From NCBI GenBank assembly GCA_963851265.1, contig CAWKNZ010000007.1:32001-96000 (forward strand): a stretch of DNA of 64,000 bases, given 5' to 3'. Shown here piece by piece: positions 45,253 to 55,151 of the stretch. Below the pieces are notes generated by a model. The model had not been told where the DNA came from and searched no databases. It saw only the letters and a list, made by a program, of their open reading frames with translations. Both the position numbers and the translations under genes were made by a program. Source of the DNA: an uncultured Gemmatimonadales bacterium (lineage in GTDB: Bacteria; Gemmatimonadota; Gemmatimonadetes; Gemmatimonadales; Gemmatimonadaceae). The stretch's first letter is position 1; every line of letters begins with the position of its first letter.

Positions 45253-45936
45253 TTACCGCGGTTCCGGCGTGTCCGCGGGCGCGAGGCGCGCCACCGGGCG
45301 TCGCCCGCGCGCCGCGGTACGGCGGCGCGTGACGGTGAGCGCGTGGAGGGTCTGCGCGATCACGAGCGCGTCCCGGAGCACGGTCGCGCTCCGCGCGTGC
45401 TCGAGGTTGAGGCGGATCTTCTCGGGCATGATGTGCGTGACGTAGACCGATTCGGGGTCGGCGGCCGCTGCGAGCTCGTGCTCCTCGTCGAGGTAGCGGA
45501 GCGACGCGGGATCCGTGACGCCCGGCAGCAGGTCGAGCACGCGGCGCTCGTCCGCGGAATAGCGGTCCACGTAGCGCGTGACCTCGGGGCGCGGCCCAAC
45601 GAGGCTCATCTCGCCAACGATCACGTTCCACAACTGCGGGAGCTCGTCGAGCTTCGTGCGTCGCAGCCACGCACCCACGCGTGTTACGCGCACGTCGCCC
45701 GCCACCGTGAGCAAGGGACCGAGCCGCTCCGCGTTGGGCACCATACTCCGGAACTTCCACATGCGGAACGTCCGGCCGCCACGGCCGACGCGAATCTGCC
45801 GGAAGATCACCGGACCGCCGTCGGCGCGCACGGCGACCGCGATCGCGACGAGGACCGGCGCAAGCACCACCGTACCGGCGATGCTCGCCGTGAGATCGAA
45901 CGCGCGCTTCGCGGCCGCGTGGATGCCGTGGGGCAC
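45253..45936 (-). CDS. Initiating sugar-phosphate transferase (Bac_transf; WcfS/WbgY/PglC-like)
   Basis: KRAFD, FRQ.RVG, KFRSM, LRRTKLDELPQLWNV..GEMSLVGPRPEV. Confidence 0.92.
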   Translation of the reverse strand: MPHGIHAAAKRAFDLTASIAGTVVLAPVLVAIAVAVRADGGPVIFRQIRVGRGGRTFRMWKFRSMVPNAERLGPLLTVAGDVRVTRVGAWLRRTKLDELPQLWNVIVGEMSLVGPRPEVTRYVDRYSADERRVLDLLPGVTDPASLRYLDEEHELAAAADPESVYVTHIMPEKIRLNLEHARSATVLRDALVIAQTLHALTVTRRRTAARGRRPVARLAPADTPEPR

Positions 45937-45945
45937 GCGACGCGT

Positions 45946-47121
45946 TTACCGCGCGAAGGTGTGGGCCACGTCCAGGACCGCGTCGATCACGTCGTTGACG
46001 TCTTCGTCGCTCATCCGCGGGTTGAGCGGGAGGGACAGCATCCGCTCGAACGCGTCGAATGCGACTGGGAAGTCGTTCGGGACGAACCCGTATCGCGTGC
46101 GGTAGTACGGGTGTAGGTGAATCGGGATGAAGTGCACCGACGTCCCGATGTTACGTGCCGTGAGCTCATCGATCACGCGGTCGCGTCCGATCGAGAGCGC
46201 GCCGGGGCGCAGTCTGAGCACGTAGAGATGCCACGCGTGCTCCACGTGCGCGCGCGCGGTCGGCGTCTCCAGCGCGGGGTGCTCACCGAACGCACTCTGG
46301 TACGCCGCAACGATCGCTCGCCGCCGGGTCTGGAATGCGTCGAGCTTGCAGAGCTGACACAACCCGATCGACGCCTGGATGTCGCTCATGTTGTACTTGA
46401 ACCCAGGCATCAACACGTCGTACCGCCAACTTGAGCCCTTGTCGTATCGGCGCCACGCATCGCGGCTCATCCCGTGCAAACTCACCACGCGCGCCTGGTC
46501 GAGAAACGGTGCGCTGCCCGTCAGCATCCCGCCCTCGCCGGTGGTCAGGTTCTTGGTCGCGTAGAAGCTGAACGACACGGGATTCGCGCCGGCGCCGATG
46601 CGCACGCCCCGGTACCGTGCCGGAAGCGCATGGGCAGCATCCTCGAGCAGCAGCGACCCGTGAATCGCCGCGAGTTCGCGCAGTGGATCCAACTCCGCCG
46701 GATGCCCCGCGTAGTGGACGGGGATGATGGCGCGCGTCCGCGGCGTGAGGGCTCGCGCCACGGCGGACGGATCGATGTTCAACGTGTCCGGCTCGACGTC
46801 GACCAGCACGGGGCGCGCGCCCACGTGTTCGATCACGTTCACCGACGCCGCGAAGGTCATCGGCGTCGTGATCACCTCGTCGCCCGGGCCCACGCCCCAC
46901 GTGATGAGCGCCGTGTGCAGTCCCGCCGTGCACGAGTTGAGTGCGACGGCCGACGGGGCACCCAGATAATCCGCGAAGCGCTCCGCGAATCCCCGCGCCT
47001 TGGGCCCCGTACTCAGCCAATCCGAGCGCAACGTGTCGATCACCGCTTCGATCTCTTCCTCACCGACGCATGGCGGCGAGAAGGAGAGGAACTCACGCCG
47101 CTGGTGCCGCGTCGTCGGCAT
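45946..47121 (-). CDS. DegT/DnrJ/EryC1/StrS PLP aminotransferase
   Basis: W.STGPK, NSCTAGLH, IIPVHYAG, EDAAHA, SFYATKNLTTGEGG, GFKYNMSD; alternative start 47274. Confidence 0.92.
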   Translation of the reverse strand: MPTTRHQRREFLSFSPPCVGEEEIEAVIDTLRSDWLSTGPKARGFAERFADYLGAPSAVALNSCTAGLHTALITWGVGPGDEVITTPMTFAASVNVIEHVGARPVLVDVEPDTLNIDPSAVARALTPRTRAIIPVHYAGHPAELDPLRELAAIHGSLLLEDAAHALPARYRGVRIGAGANPVSFSFYATKNLTTGEGGMLTGSAPFLDQARVVSLHGMSRDAWRRYDKGSSWRYDVLMPGFKYNMSDIQASIGLCQLCKLDAFQTRRRAIVAAYQSAFGEHPALETPTARAHVEHAWHLYVLRLRPGALSIGRDRVIDELTARNIGTSVHFIPIHLHPYYRTRYGFVPNDFPVAFDAFERMLSLPLNPRMSDEDVNDVIDAVLDVAHTFAR

Positions 47122-47434
47122 CAGCGTGAGCGGCGCCGGCTGCGCCAGCGTCGTGGCCGGCGTCAGCGTCAGCGGGGCGTGACGGAAGGGACTCGTGCGT
47201 GTGGGGAGGACCACGGCAGGGGCGGGTGGCAGGACGTCGAGCGCGTCGGGCGCGGGGAGCGCCACCTCCTGCATCCTGCAGATGCCATGCGCGATCCGGT
47301 ACCCTGCGAGCTGCGCCTAACCCTATTCACTGCACGCTGTTACGAAACGTGGGAACGTCGACGGCCCGCGACGACGATCGCGCCGTGTGGTGCCGCGCTT
47401 ACACGTTCGTGCGTGGCGCGCGCAGATCGCGCGC

Positions 47435-49351
47435 TCAGTCGACGACGTGCGCCGGCGTGCCGGCTGCGCGCGCGCTCGGCACGGTCCCGACGTGCGGGCC
47501 GGTGACACAGGCGCCGTGCCACAGCTGCACCATCATCAACTGGCGGACCAACGCGTCATCGATCGCGTCGGCCGTCCCGCGCCCGTCCAGCATGCGCGAG
47601 ACGACGGTGCGCACGGCGCGGCGCTCGAAGGGTCCATCGAGCACCACGGCGCAGTCGGGCAGCGATTCGGCCACGGCGCGCAACGCGGGGATACGGCGCA
47701 GGTAGCGGGCCCATGGCACGCCGAAACCCCACTTTCGCCCGGCCAGTACGTCGGGCGGTAGGCGGTCGCCAAGGCTGTCGCGCAGTAGGCGCTTGTTCCG
47801 CCGCATCGAGAGCAGCTGCGCGGTCGGCATCGCGGCGAGGCCTTCGACGAGCCGGTGATCGAGGAACGGTTCGCGGCACTCGATCGATGCACCCATGGTC
47901 ATGCGATCGTTGCGGTCCAGTAGCGAACAGAGGAACGTATGTTGGTCACTGTACATCGCCTGCCGTACCGGCTCGCCCGCATACACCCGTCCCGCGTCGG
48001 CCATTACGGTTTCACGGTAGGGGAACGACGCCGCGGTATGCACGCCAAGCCGCGCGAGATCCATGGGGAGGACCTCGCACGCATTGAAGAGTACCGCGGC
48101 GTCGCGCGCGTCCATGCGCAGCAGCCGCTCGAGCTTGCGACCGCGCGGCGGCAGCGGCACGCCACGCGGGAGCAGCGGCACCGCCGCACGGGCGACCGCG
48201 AGGAGGCGAGGATGCTGCAGCGGGCGGTAGCGCACGTACCCACCGAGGGTCTCGTCGGCGCCTTCCCCCGAGAGCAACACCGTCACGTGTGGACGGGCGT
48301 ACGCCGACAGCGCTTCGATGTGTAGCTCGTTGCCGTGCGCGAGCGGCTCGTCGTTGAGCCACGACGCGCGCGTGAGGCGCGGCAACAGTTCGTCGGCGGC
48401 GACGGTCAGCTCGTGTCCTGACAACCCGGAACGCGCGACCACCTGCCGCGCCAGCGCCGTCTCGTCGTACGCCGCGTCCTCGAATGCCACGGTGAAGCTG
48501 GCCACGCCCGATCCGGCCTGCTTGGCGAGCGACGCAGCGATCGTACCCGAATCCAACCCACCGCTCAACAGCACGCCCACCGGCACGTCACTGATGCGCC
48601 GCAGGCCGATGGAGCTATCGAACGTGTCGCGGTACCACCGCACCGGATCCGGATCCGGCTCGCGCGTCGCGGCGGCGGCGGAGAGGGTCCACCAGCGCCG
48701 CGTGACGAGCGTGCCGCTGCGCCACGTCAGCCAGTGTCCGGGCAGCAGGCGTCGCACCCCGGCGAAAGGCGTCCGCTCGCCCGCAACATACCGGAAGCAG
48801 AGGAGTTCGTCCCATGTCGTGGCATCGAACGTCGCGGGCACGCCGCCCGCGAACAGCGCCTTCTGCTCCGACGCGAAGTGCAGCGCCCCCTCGTGCACCG
48901 CGAAGTAAAGCGGCTTGACGCCGAGCCGGTCGCGTGCGACGAAGAGGGCGTGCTCGCGCCTGTCCCAAATCGCGAATGCGAACATTCCGTTGAGGCGGGG
49001 CAGCATCGCCGCGCCTTCGTCTGCGTACAACGCGAGCAACACCTCGGTGTCAGTCGTCGACCGGAAGGTGTAGCCCCGTCCGCGCAGCGTTTCGCGCAAC
49101 TCGCCGGCGTTGTAAACCTCGCCGTTGTATACGATCGTGTAGCGACCGTCGGCCGTCTGCATCGGCATGTGCCCACGCGGTGACAGGTCGACGATGGCGA
49201 GGCGCCGCGACCCCAGTCCGACGCCGGGCGCCACGAAAGTGCCCGCGTCGTCGGGTCCACGATGTGCGATCGCGGCGCACATGCGCCTTACGGACGCCGC
49301 GTCCGGCGTCCGGGTCAGCTCGTGGAGGGCCACGCCGGCGAGGCCACACAT
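47435..49351 (-). CDS. asnB: Asparagine synthase-like glutamine amidotransferase (probably sugar amidation)
   Basis: MCG N-terminus, HRGPD, RRLAIVD, YNGEVYN, RDRLGVKPL, LSGGLDS, LSGEGADE, DRMTM..SIE.R.PFLD. Confidence 0.92.
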   Translation of the reverse strand: MCGLAGVALHELTRTPDAASVRRMCAAIAHRGPDDAGTFVAPGVGLGSRRLAIVDLSPRGHMPMQTADGRYTIVYNGEVYNAGELRETLRGRGYTFRSTTDTEVLLALYADEGAAMLPRLNGMFAFAIWDRREHALFVARDRLGVKPLYFAVHEGALHFASEQKALFAGGVPATFDATTWDELLCFRYVAGERTPFAGVRRLLPGHWLTWRSGTLVTRRWWTLSAAAATREPDPDPVRWYRDTFDSSIGLRRISDVPVGVLLSGGLDSGTIAASLAKQAGSGVASFTVAFEDAAYDETALARQVVARSGLSGHELTVAADELLPRLTRASWLNDEPLAHGNELHIEALSAYARPHVTVLLSGEGADETLGGYVRYRPLQHPRLLAVARAAVPLLPRGVPLPPRGRKLERLLRMDARDAAVLFNACEVLPMDLARLGVHTAASFPYRETVMADAGRVYAGEPVRQAMYSDQHTFLCSLLDRNDRMTMGASIECREPFLDHRLVEGLAAMPTAQLLSMRRNKRLLRDSLGDRLPPDVLAGRKWGFGVPWARYLRRIPALRAVAESLPDCAVVLDGPFERRAVRTVVSRMLDGRGTADAIDDALVRQLMMVQLWHGACVTGPHVGTVPSARAAGTPAHVVD

Positions 49352-50451
49352 CAGGTGCGCGCGAACTCGTCGAACAGCTGGTCCCACTGGGGCGCGACGC
49401 TGCTCCACGCCGAGCGATGCGCGAGTGCGCGCCCATTCGCCGACAGTCGTCCGGCGAGCACCGGATCGGCGAGCATGCGCAGCACGGCCGTCGCCATCGC
49501 GTCGGCATCGCCCGCCGGCACCAGCAGCGCGGTCTCGCCGTCGCGCACCAGATGGCGCAAGCCACCAACGTCGGTGGCGACGATCGGCAACCCCATCGCG
49601 GCCGCCTCGATCACGCTCACCGGGGCGTTGTCGATGCGGTTGGTATTCAGGAACACGTCGGCCGCACACCCCTCGCGGATCTTCCCGGGGTGATCAAGGA
49701 AGCCCGCGAAGCGCACTGCGCCCGTCAATCCCAGCGCGCGCGCCTCGGCCTGCACCGAGGGCCCGAGCCCCTTTTCCTGCCCGGCCATGACGAGCGTCGC
49801 ATCGGGATACACGCGGCGTACGCGGTGGAGCACGTGCAGCGCGAGCGCAGGGTCGTAGAGTGGGTGGAACGCCCGCATCCAGAACAGCCGCGGCTCGAGG
49901 TGGGTGCGGTGGCGGTACGGGTATGGAGCGAGATCGACGATGTTCGGAATGACGCGGGTTGCGAATCCGTGCACGCGCAGCGCATCGGCGAGGAACGCCG
50001 ATGGGGCGACGATCGCGTCGGCCCGGCGCAGCACGCGCCGGGTCCACCGCGGAAAGCGCTGAATGAACGTCGGCATCGCGCCGCCGTGCACGTGCAGCAC
50101 GATGCGAAGCCCACACGCGCGGGCGAGCCGGCTCGCAACGTCCTCGATGACGAAGCTCGGGCCACAGAACGTCTGCAGCACGATGACGTCCGCCGTGCGT
50201 CGGCTCGCGATGACCGTCGCCGCGATGTCGACGAGGCGCCGGTAGCGGTTAGGCGCGCCGGACGCGGTGTGCACGCTGTAGCCACGTCCCGCCAGTGCGG
50301 CCGCCAGGATCTCGCCCTGGGTCGTGACGTATCCGGGGTTACACCCGACCATGGGCCCAAGGATGCAGAGGCGCGGGGGCGGTCGTCGTGGAGCAACCGA
50401 CGGGATGGCCGCGGTAACACGCGGCGCGACGTCGCGCGGGAGTGTTGTCAT
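49351..50451 (-). CDS. Glycosyltransferase family 4
   Basis: HVHGG, VIPN, DN.PVSVIEAAAMGLPIVATDVGG. Confidence 0.88.
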   Translation of the reverse strand: MTTLPRDVAPRVTAAIPSVAPRRPPPRLCILGPMVGCNPGYVTTQGEILAAALAGRGYSVHTASGAPNRYRRLVDIAATVIASRRTADVIVLQTFCGPSFVIEDVASRLARACGLRIVLHVHGGAMPTFIQRFPRWTRRVLRRADAIVAPSAFLADALRVHGFATRVIPNIVDLAPYPYRHRTHLEPRLFWMRAFHPLYDPALALHVLHRVRRVYPDATLVMAGQEKGLGPSVQAEARALGLTGAVRFAGFLDHPGKIREGCAADVFLNTNRIDNAPVSVIEAAAMGLPIVATDVGGLRHLVRDGETALLVPAGDADAMATAVLRMLADPVLAGRLSANGRALAHRSAWSSVAPQWDQLFDEFART

Positions 50452-50460
50452 CCGGCGGTC

Positions 50461-51633
50461 TCAGACGGGCGACCGCAGTGGTCGCCCCCATGCCGCAGTC
50501 AGATGGCCGCCGATCGTGTCGCGCCACCGCTCCAGCGAGTAGCCGCGCGCCGTCCGCACGCCAGCCTCGGACATCGCGCGATAGTGTGCGCGATGTTCGA
50601 TGCACGCGATGACGCCGCGCACGACCTCCGGCGCGGTTGCCGCCTCGAGCAGCACCCCCCCGCCCGCGCCAATGAGTGGTCCGAGCACCGACACGCGCGT
50701 CGTGACGACCGGAAGCCCACACGCCAGGGCTTCGAGCACGGCCTTCGGGAAGCCCTCCGATGACGTGGTTGGGAAGCAGAACACATCGGAGCGACGCAGG
50801 ACCGCGACCACCGCGGCGTGGTCGACGCGGCCGTGGAACGTGACCCGTTCGGCGACCCCCGTTCGCTCGGCGAGGGCCCGGAACTCAGCGAGCGCGTCGC
50901 CGGCGCCCACGACGTCGAAGTGCACGTCGGGAAAGCGCTCGACCAGGGCGGGAAGACTCTCGATTACGACGCCGGTCCCCTTCTCCCGCTCCTGCCGGCA
51001 GGCGATCACTAATCGTGGGCCGGTCCTCGCGTCGGGGCGGTCGTCGCTCGGGGCACACGCCCGCAGTTCCGACTCTGTGAGGCTACTCGAGAAAATCCAC
51101 CGCAGGTGTGGGTTGCGCGCCGAAGGCGGCGAATCGGCGCCGCCCGTCGTGAGCACCACGGTTCGTCCGCCGGCCACGCGCTCGAGCAGCCATCGCCAGA
51201 AGCGCTCGGCCGCCGTCTGCTGCACGAACCAGTTGCCGCAGTGGCGTACGAACAGCGGCTTGCGACCGGCCATCGCCGCAAAGATGCCGATCGTCCCGAC
51301 GTCGCCTGGTATGGGCGCGTGGACCGCGTCTGCGCGCGCCACCTCGCGCAGCAGCCGCGGCGCGTTGCGCGCCAGCCAGACGGCGAAGCGCAGCTTGCGC
51401 GCCGCGCCGCTTCCGCCGGGCAGCGTCAGCGGCGCGACGCGCAAGCTGTGGCCGTCCAGCGCCACTTCGCCGGTACGGGACGCGGCGGGGTCGCACGGGA
51501 CGAGCAGCGTCGTCGCGTCGAACAGCTCCGAGAGCGCGCGCATCTGCATCGGGAATCCGCCGTCGGTCGCGTAGCCCGACGGCGACCCCGGACACGGCCA
51601 GACGACCTTGTGTGAGATGACGACCAGGCGCAT
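50461..51633 (-). CDS. Glycosyltransferase family 4
   Basis: R...KG, V.F.G, SEGFPKAVLEALACGLPVV. Confidence 0.88.
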   Translation of the reverse strand: MRLVVISHKVVWPCPGSPSGYATDGGFPMQMRALSELFDATTLLVPCDPAASRTGEVALDGHSLRVAPLTLPGGSGAARKLRFAVWLARNAPRLLREVARADAVHAPIPGDVGTIGIFAAMAGRKPLFVRHCGNWFVQQTAAERFWRWLLERVAGGRTVVLTTGGADSPPSARNPHLRWIFSSSLTESELRACAPSDDRPDARTGPRLVIACRQEREKGTGVVIESLPALVERFPDVHFDVVGAGDALAEFRALAERTGVAERVTFHGRVDHAAVVAVLRRSDVFCFPTTSSEGFPKAVLEALACGLPVVTTRVSVLGPLIGAGGGVLLEAATAPEVVRGVIACIEHRAHYRAMSEAGVRTARGYSLERWRDTIGGHLTAAWGRPLRSPV

Positions 51634-51662
51634 GCCGGTACGGAGCGGACCGCGACGTGAGA

Positions 51663-53294
51663 CTATCGCCCGCCCGAGGCCGCGAGCGCGAACGTCGGCG
51701 GCGCCGACGATGGTCGATGACTGACGTTGTAGAGCACGTAGCGTTCGCCAGACTTGATGGAGCCGTCCATGCTCACCAACTGCCGTACGTCGAGGTCGGG
51801 CGAGGGGGTAACCGAGAGTGTCCCGCCCAGGATCAGGACCACCGGGCCGCCAGCCGCCACGCTGCGCGTCCCTGCTTCCGCCAGCGCCGTCTGCTCGGCG
51901 GTCTTGAGGTCGCGAAAGCGAATCGGCGTTTCCCAATGAACGTACGTCTCGGTGCGCGTGCGGTCGGCCGCGTAGAGCGGCTGACCGAGGAATGCACCGA
52001 CGGCTGCGGTCGGCGTGGACCAGACGCCCATCACGCGATCGGCGGGTACGTGGTGCGCTCGGAGGTACTCGGCCGCGCCGCGGGCCTGCGAGAACGGCCG
52101 CACCAGGTCGAAGCCGTACATCATGGCGAAGGCGACGACCTGAGCGACGGCGACGCCGAGAACCAGCGTCGGCAGCAGCCGCTCACTGCGCGGCGAATGC
52201 GGCGTGGCGGGCACGAGCCGACCCGCGATCACCGTCGTCGCTGCGGAGGGTCCGGCGCGCAGCACCCAGAGCGCGGCCAACCACGCCACGAAAATGTGCG
52301 CGTGATGATGGAACGTCCCGCTGTACACGAGCAGCGCGAACGCGAAGTGCGACACGACATACACCACGAACAGCACGAGCGCGGCACGTACACGGGCAAA
52401 CGCGATCGTGGTGGCGGCGAGAAACCCCGCGCCTGCGACGGCCATGAAGACGAGGCCCGGCACGCCGCGGCCGTACAGGAGCGCGTTCGAGTGCAGGAAT
52501 CCCGACGGTGCCCACCAGACGGGGATCGGCAGGAATGTGCGCCACACGCTCGACAGGAGCCCCAGGAGTCGTGGGCCGCCGCCGCCGACGGCTACGGTAT
52601 CGCCGACGAAGGGGGCATTCCGCGGAGGCATCATGACAAACGCCGAGACGAGTGCGCCGCCTCCGGCGACCAGACCGAGCGTGGTCAGGCGCCGAATCAT
52701 CTCGCGCGAGCCGGCCGGTCGGTCCCAGAGGCCATCGGCGAGAATGGCGGCGCAGAGCGCCGCGGCGAGCAGCGCACCGTAGGCGCTCGTGTTCGCGAGC
52801 ACACCGAGCAGCAGCGCCGCCGGGAGCAACCGGCGGCCGCGGATGGGCCACAGGGCACACACCGCGAAGGTGAGCAGGACGCCCAGCCCGTAACTGCGCG
52901 CGATCAGCGTGTACTCGTAGGCGAGCAGGTACCCGAACGGGAGCAGCACGCGCCATATCCGGGGGAAGGGAGCGCGCCACGCAATGAGGAACGCCGTCCC
53001 GGTGCAGAGCGCGGCGTTCAGGAACTGCATCGCGACGGGGAACGTCGTGATGCGACCGAGCACGTAGAGCAGCAGGTACCACGCTGCGGGATGTCCCTCG
53101 TAATGCAGGGCGTGAATGAGTTCGCGCACCGATCCCACATCGCGCGAGAGCATCCACGCCTGTACCTCGTCGAACCACATCTCGTGTCGGGTCACCCCGA
53201 GCACCGCCAACCCCGCGAACGCGACCGCGACCACGACCGCGAAGCGCCACTCGGACGCGCCCCGCGCGCGAGCCGGGGGCGCGCCTGCGCTCAC
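51663..53294 (-). CDS. Polytopic membrane protein, possibly GT-C fold glycosyltransferase
   Basis: About 10 hydrophobic segments; HEMWFDEVQAW (DE after TM1), YEGHP..WY, YEY..IAR.Y; soluble C-terminal tail; GTGA overlap. Confidence 0.6.
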   Translation of the reverse strand: MSAGAPPARARGASEWRFAVVVAVAFAGLAVLGVTRHEMWFDEVQAWMLSRDVGSVRELIHALHYEGHPAAWYLLLYVLGRITTFPVAMQFLNAALCTGTAFLIAWRAPFPRIWRVLLPFGYLLAYEYTLIARSYGLGVLLTFAVCALWPIRGRRLLPAALLLGVLANTSAYGALLAAALCAAILADGLWDRPAGSREMIRRLTTLGLVAGGGALVSAFVMMPPRNAPFVGDTVAVGGGGPRLLGLLSSVWRTFLPIPVWWAPSGFLHSNALLYGRGVPGLVFMAVAGAGFLAATTIAFARVRAALVLFVVYVVSHFAFALLVYSGTFHHHAHIFVAWLAALWVLRAGPSAATTVIAGRLVPATPHSPRSERLLPTLVLGVAVAQVVAFAMMYGFDLVRPFSQARGAAEYLRAHHVPADRVMGVWSTPTAAVGAFLGQPLYAADRTRTETYVHWETPIRFRDLKTAEQTALAEAGTRSVAAGGPVVLILGGTLSVTPSPDLDVRQLVSMDGSIKSGERYVLYNVSHRPSSAPPTFALAASGGR

Positions 53295-53638
53295 CGACCC
53301 GTCCGCAGCTGGAGGTTGTACACGGCGCCGATGAGCCGCCCGAGCCCGTAGCCGATCACGAACGCATAGACGAAGCCGATCAACCCGCCGTGCCACGTCA
53401 CCGAGTAACCCGGGAAGAACACGCCGAGGAGCGCGAGGTGTGGCCCGACGACTGATCCGCCCTGGATGACTAACGCCCACGTCGCGACGAGCAGGCCGAG
53501 CGCGCACACGAGCCCGAATGCGACGCCCCAAGCACGCGCGTTGAGCCGGGCGAGCGCGCGCGCGGGGAGCGCGTCCGAGCTGGCGTCCTCGAGCTGGAGC
53601 GGCGGGCGACCGAAATCACCGGACATGAGTCTGGACAT
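53291..53638 (-). CDS. Small membrane protein (paralog A)
   Basis: LNARAWGVAFG-TM-HLALLG.FFPGYSVT..G.LIG...-YN. Confidence 0.75.
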   Translation of the reverse strand: MSRLMSGDFGRPPLQLEDASSDALPARALARLNARAWGVAFGLVCALGLLVATWALVIQGGSVVGPHLALLGVFFPGYSVTWHGGLIGFVYAFVIGYGLGRLIGAVYNLQLRTGR

Positions 53639-53640
53639 GG

Positions 53641-54090
53641 TCAGACGTGGTCGAGCAGGTCCTGGCTCTGCGCCAGGTGCAGTTTCGCGCGGGCGACGAC
53701 GAGCCAGAGCGTGAGGACGAGATTGCGGGTGAAGGCGACGAACCACCCCGCCACGAATCCGACGCCGAAGCCCCACGCCGCCCCGATGAGCGACCCGGCG
53801 ACCGAGACCTCGTAGCCTCGCAGGTAGTTGCTGAGCAGCCCGAGCGGGAACCGCTGCGTTGGATCGCCCGCCAAGTCCGCCAGCGTGAGCGCAAGCAGGG
53901 CGACGGCCGCCGCGGTGCCGATCGCGACGCCGAACGCGCGCTTGTGCAGCGACGCGAAGATTACGGCCACGGTCCGTTCGGCGGCCCGTTCGGCGCGGCG
54001 CGCGGCCTCCTGCGTGTTCGGTGTGGCGGCCGATCCGCGCGCGCGTGCCGTGCCGCGCGAGGGCTCGTGCCAGCGGGCAGAAGCAGGCAT
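53641..54090 (-). CDS. Small membrane protein (paralog B)
   Basis: LHKRAFGVAIG-TM-PLGLLS.Y..GYEVS..G.LIG...-RN; alternative GTG start 54099. Confidence 0.75.
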   Translation of the reverse strand: MPASARWHEPSRGTARARGSAATPNTQEAARRAERAAERTVAVIFASLHKRAFGVAIGTAAAVALLALTLADLAGDPTQRFPLGLLSNYLRGYEVSVAGSLIGAAWGFGVGFVAGWFVAFTRNLVLTLWLVVARAKLHLAQSQDLLDHV

Positions 54091-54095
54091 GGTGA

Positions 54096-55151
54096 TCACC
54101 GGAGAGGAGACGGCGCGGAGCGCCAGTCGGTCGCGCGTGCGCCGCGTGCCGGAACGCGACGGTGGCGCGTGAGCATGGCCCACGCAGCCGACGACGCGTT
54201 CAGGATATAATACTGCACGCGGAGCGGGGCGACGCGCGCGGCGAACCCTGCGCCACGCACCTCCGCGAACCAGCGCAGGAGCCGGGCGTTCGCGGCCGAG
54301 ACCCCCGCCAGCACCACGATGCTCGCGCCGACCCCCGCGCGCCAGTCGTAGAATCCCAGCGCGACCGAAGCTGGCAGCGCCGCCGCGACCAGGACGGTGA
54401 GGACCTGCTCGCCACGTCGCAGATTCAGTGGACCGGCGGCCGTCGTCTGGCCGCGCGCCATCAGGAGACGCATCCACGGAACGCCCCGGTCACGCACGTC
54501 GGTGACGACGCCGCCGCGCCACGTCCACCGCTTGAGGTGCGTGCCCTGAATTGCCGGGTCCAGTCTGATCGCGCCGCCGTGTTCGACGATGCGGTAGCCC
54601 AACTCGATGTCCTCGATCTGAGGACGTTGGTAGCGTTGCGCGTCGAACCCACCAACCGCGTGGAAGACCGAGGCGCGCACTGCCCCGCACCCGGCCCAAA
54701 AGGTCGTCGCGGGCCCGGCGTTCGTCGCGTGGACGTAGTGGTGCAGCAGATTGCGATACTGCGACACGAACGACGGTGCGGTGGGTGAGAGGTCGTACGA
54801 TCCGAACGCCGCCGCTTCGGGCGAATTGGCAAACAGGTCGCGGAACCGGCGCAGCGCGTCGGGCGCGACGCACACATCGGCGTCGACGAAGACGAGCACG
54901 TCGCCGCTGGCGTGTCGGGCGCCGAGGTTGCGCGCGGCGGCCGGCCCGCACGGACCTTCGGCTACGCGCACCACCCGGTCGCACAGGGGCGCCGCGATGG
55001 ACGGCGTGTCGTCGGGGCTTCCATCGTCCGCCACGATCAGCTCCCACGTCTCGCGCGGCAGGTCGCTGGCGTGGAGTGCCTGGAGGCACCGCACGAGCGC
55101 CGGCGCGCAGCGGAACGCGGGAACTATCACGGAGAGCGCCGGGGCGGTCAC
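54096..55151 (-). CDS. Glycosyltransferase family 2 with C-terminal membrane segments
   Basis: SVIVPA, ADDGS.D, GPAAARN.G, FVDAD, GGFD, IEDIELG.R. Confidence 0.88.
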   Translation of the reverse strand: MTAPALSVIVPAFRCAPALVRCLQALHASDLPRETWELIVADDGSPDDTPSIAAPLCDRVVRVAEGPCGPAAARNLGARHASGDVLVFVDADVCVAPDALRRFRDLFANSPEAAAFGSYDLSPTAPSFVSQYRNLLHHYVHATNAGPATTFWAGCGAVRASVFHAVGGFDAQRYQRPQIEDIELGYRIVEHGGAIRLDPAIQGTHLKRWTWRGGVVTDVRDRGVPWMRLLMARGQTTAAGPLNLRRGEQVLTVLVAAALPASVALGFYDWRAGVGASIVVLAGVSAANARLLRWFAEVRGAGFAARVAPLRVQYYILNASSAAWAMLTRHRRVPARGARATDWRSAPSPLR

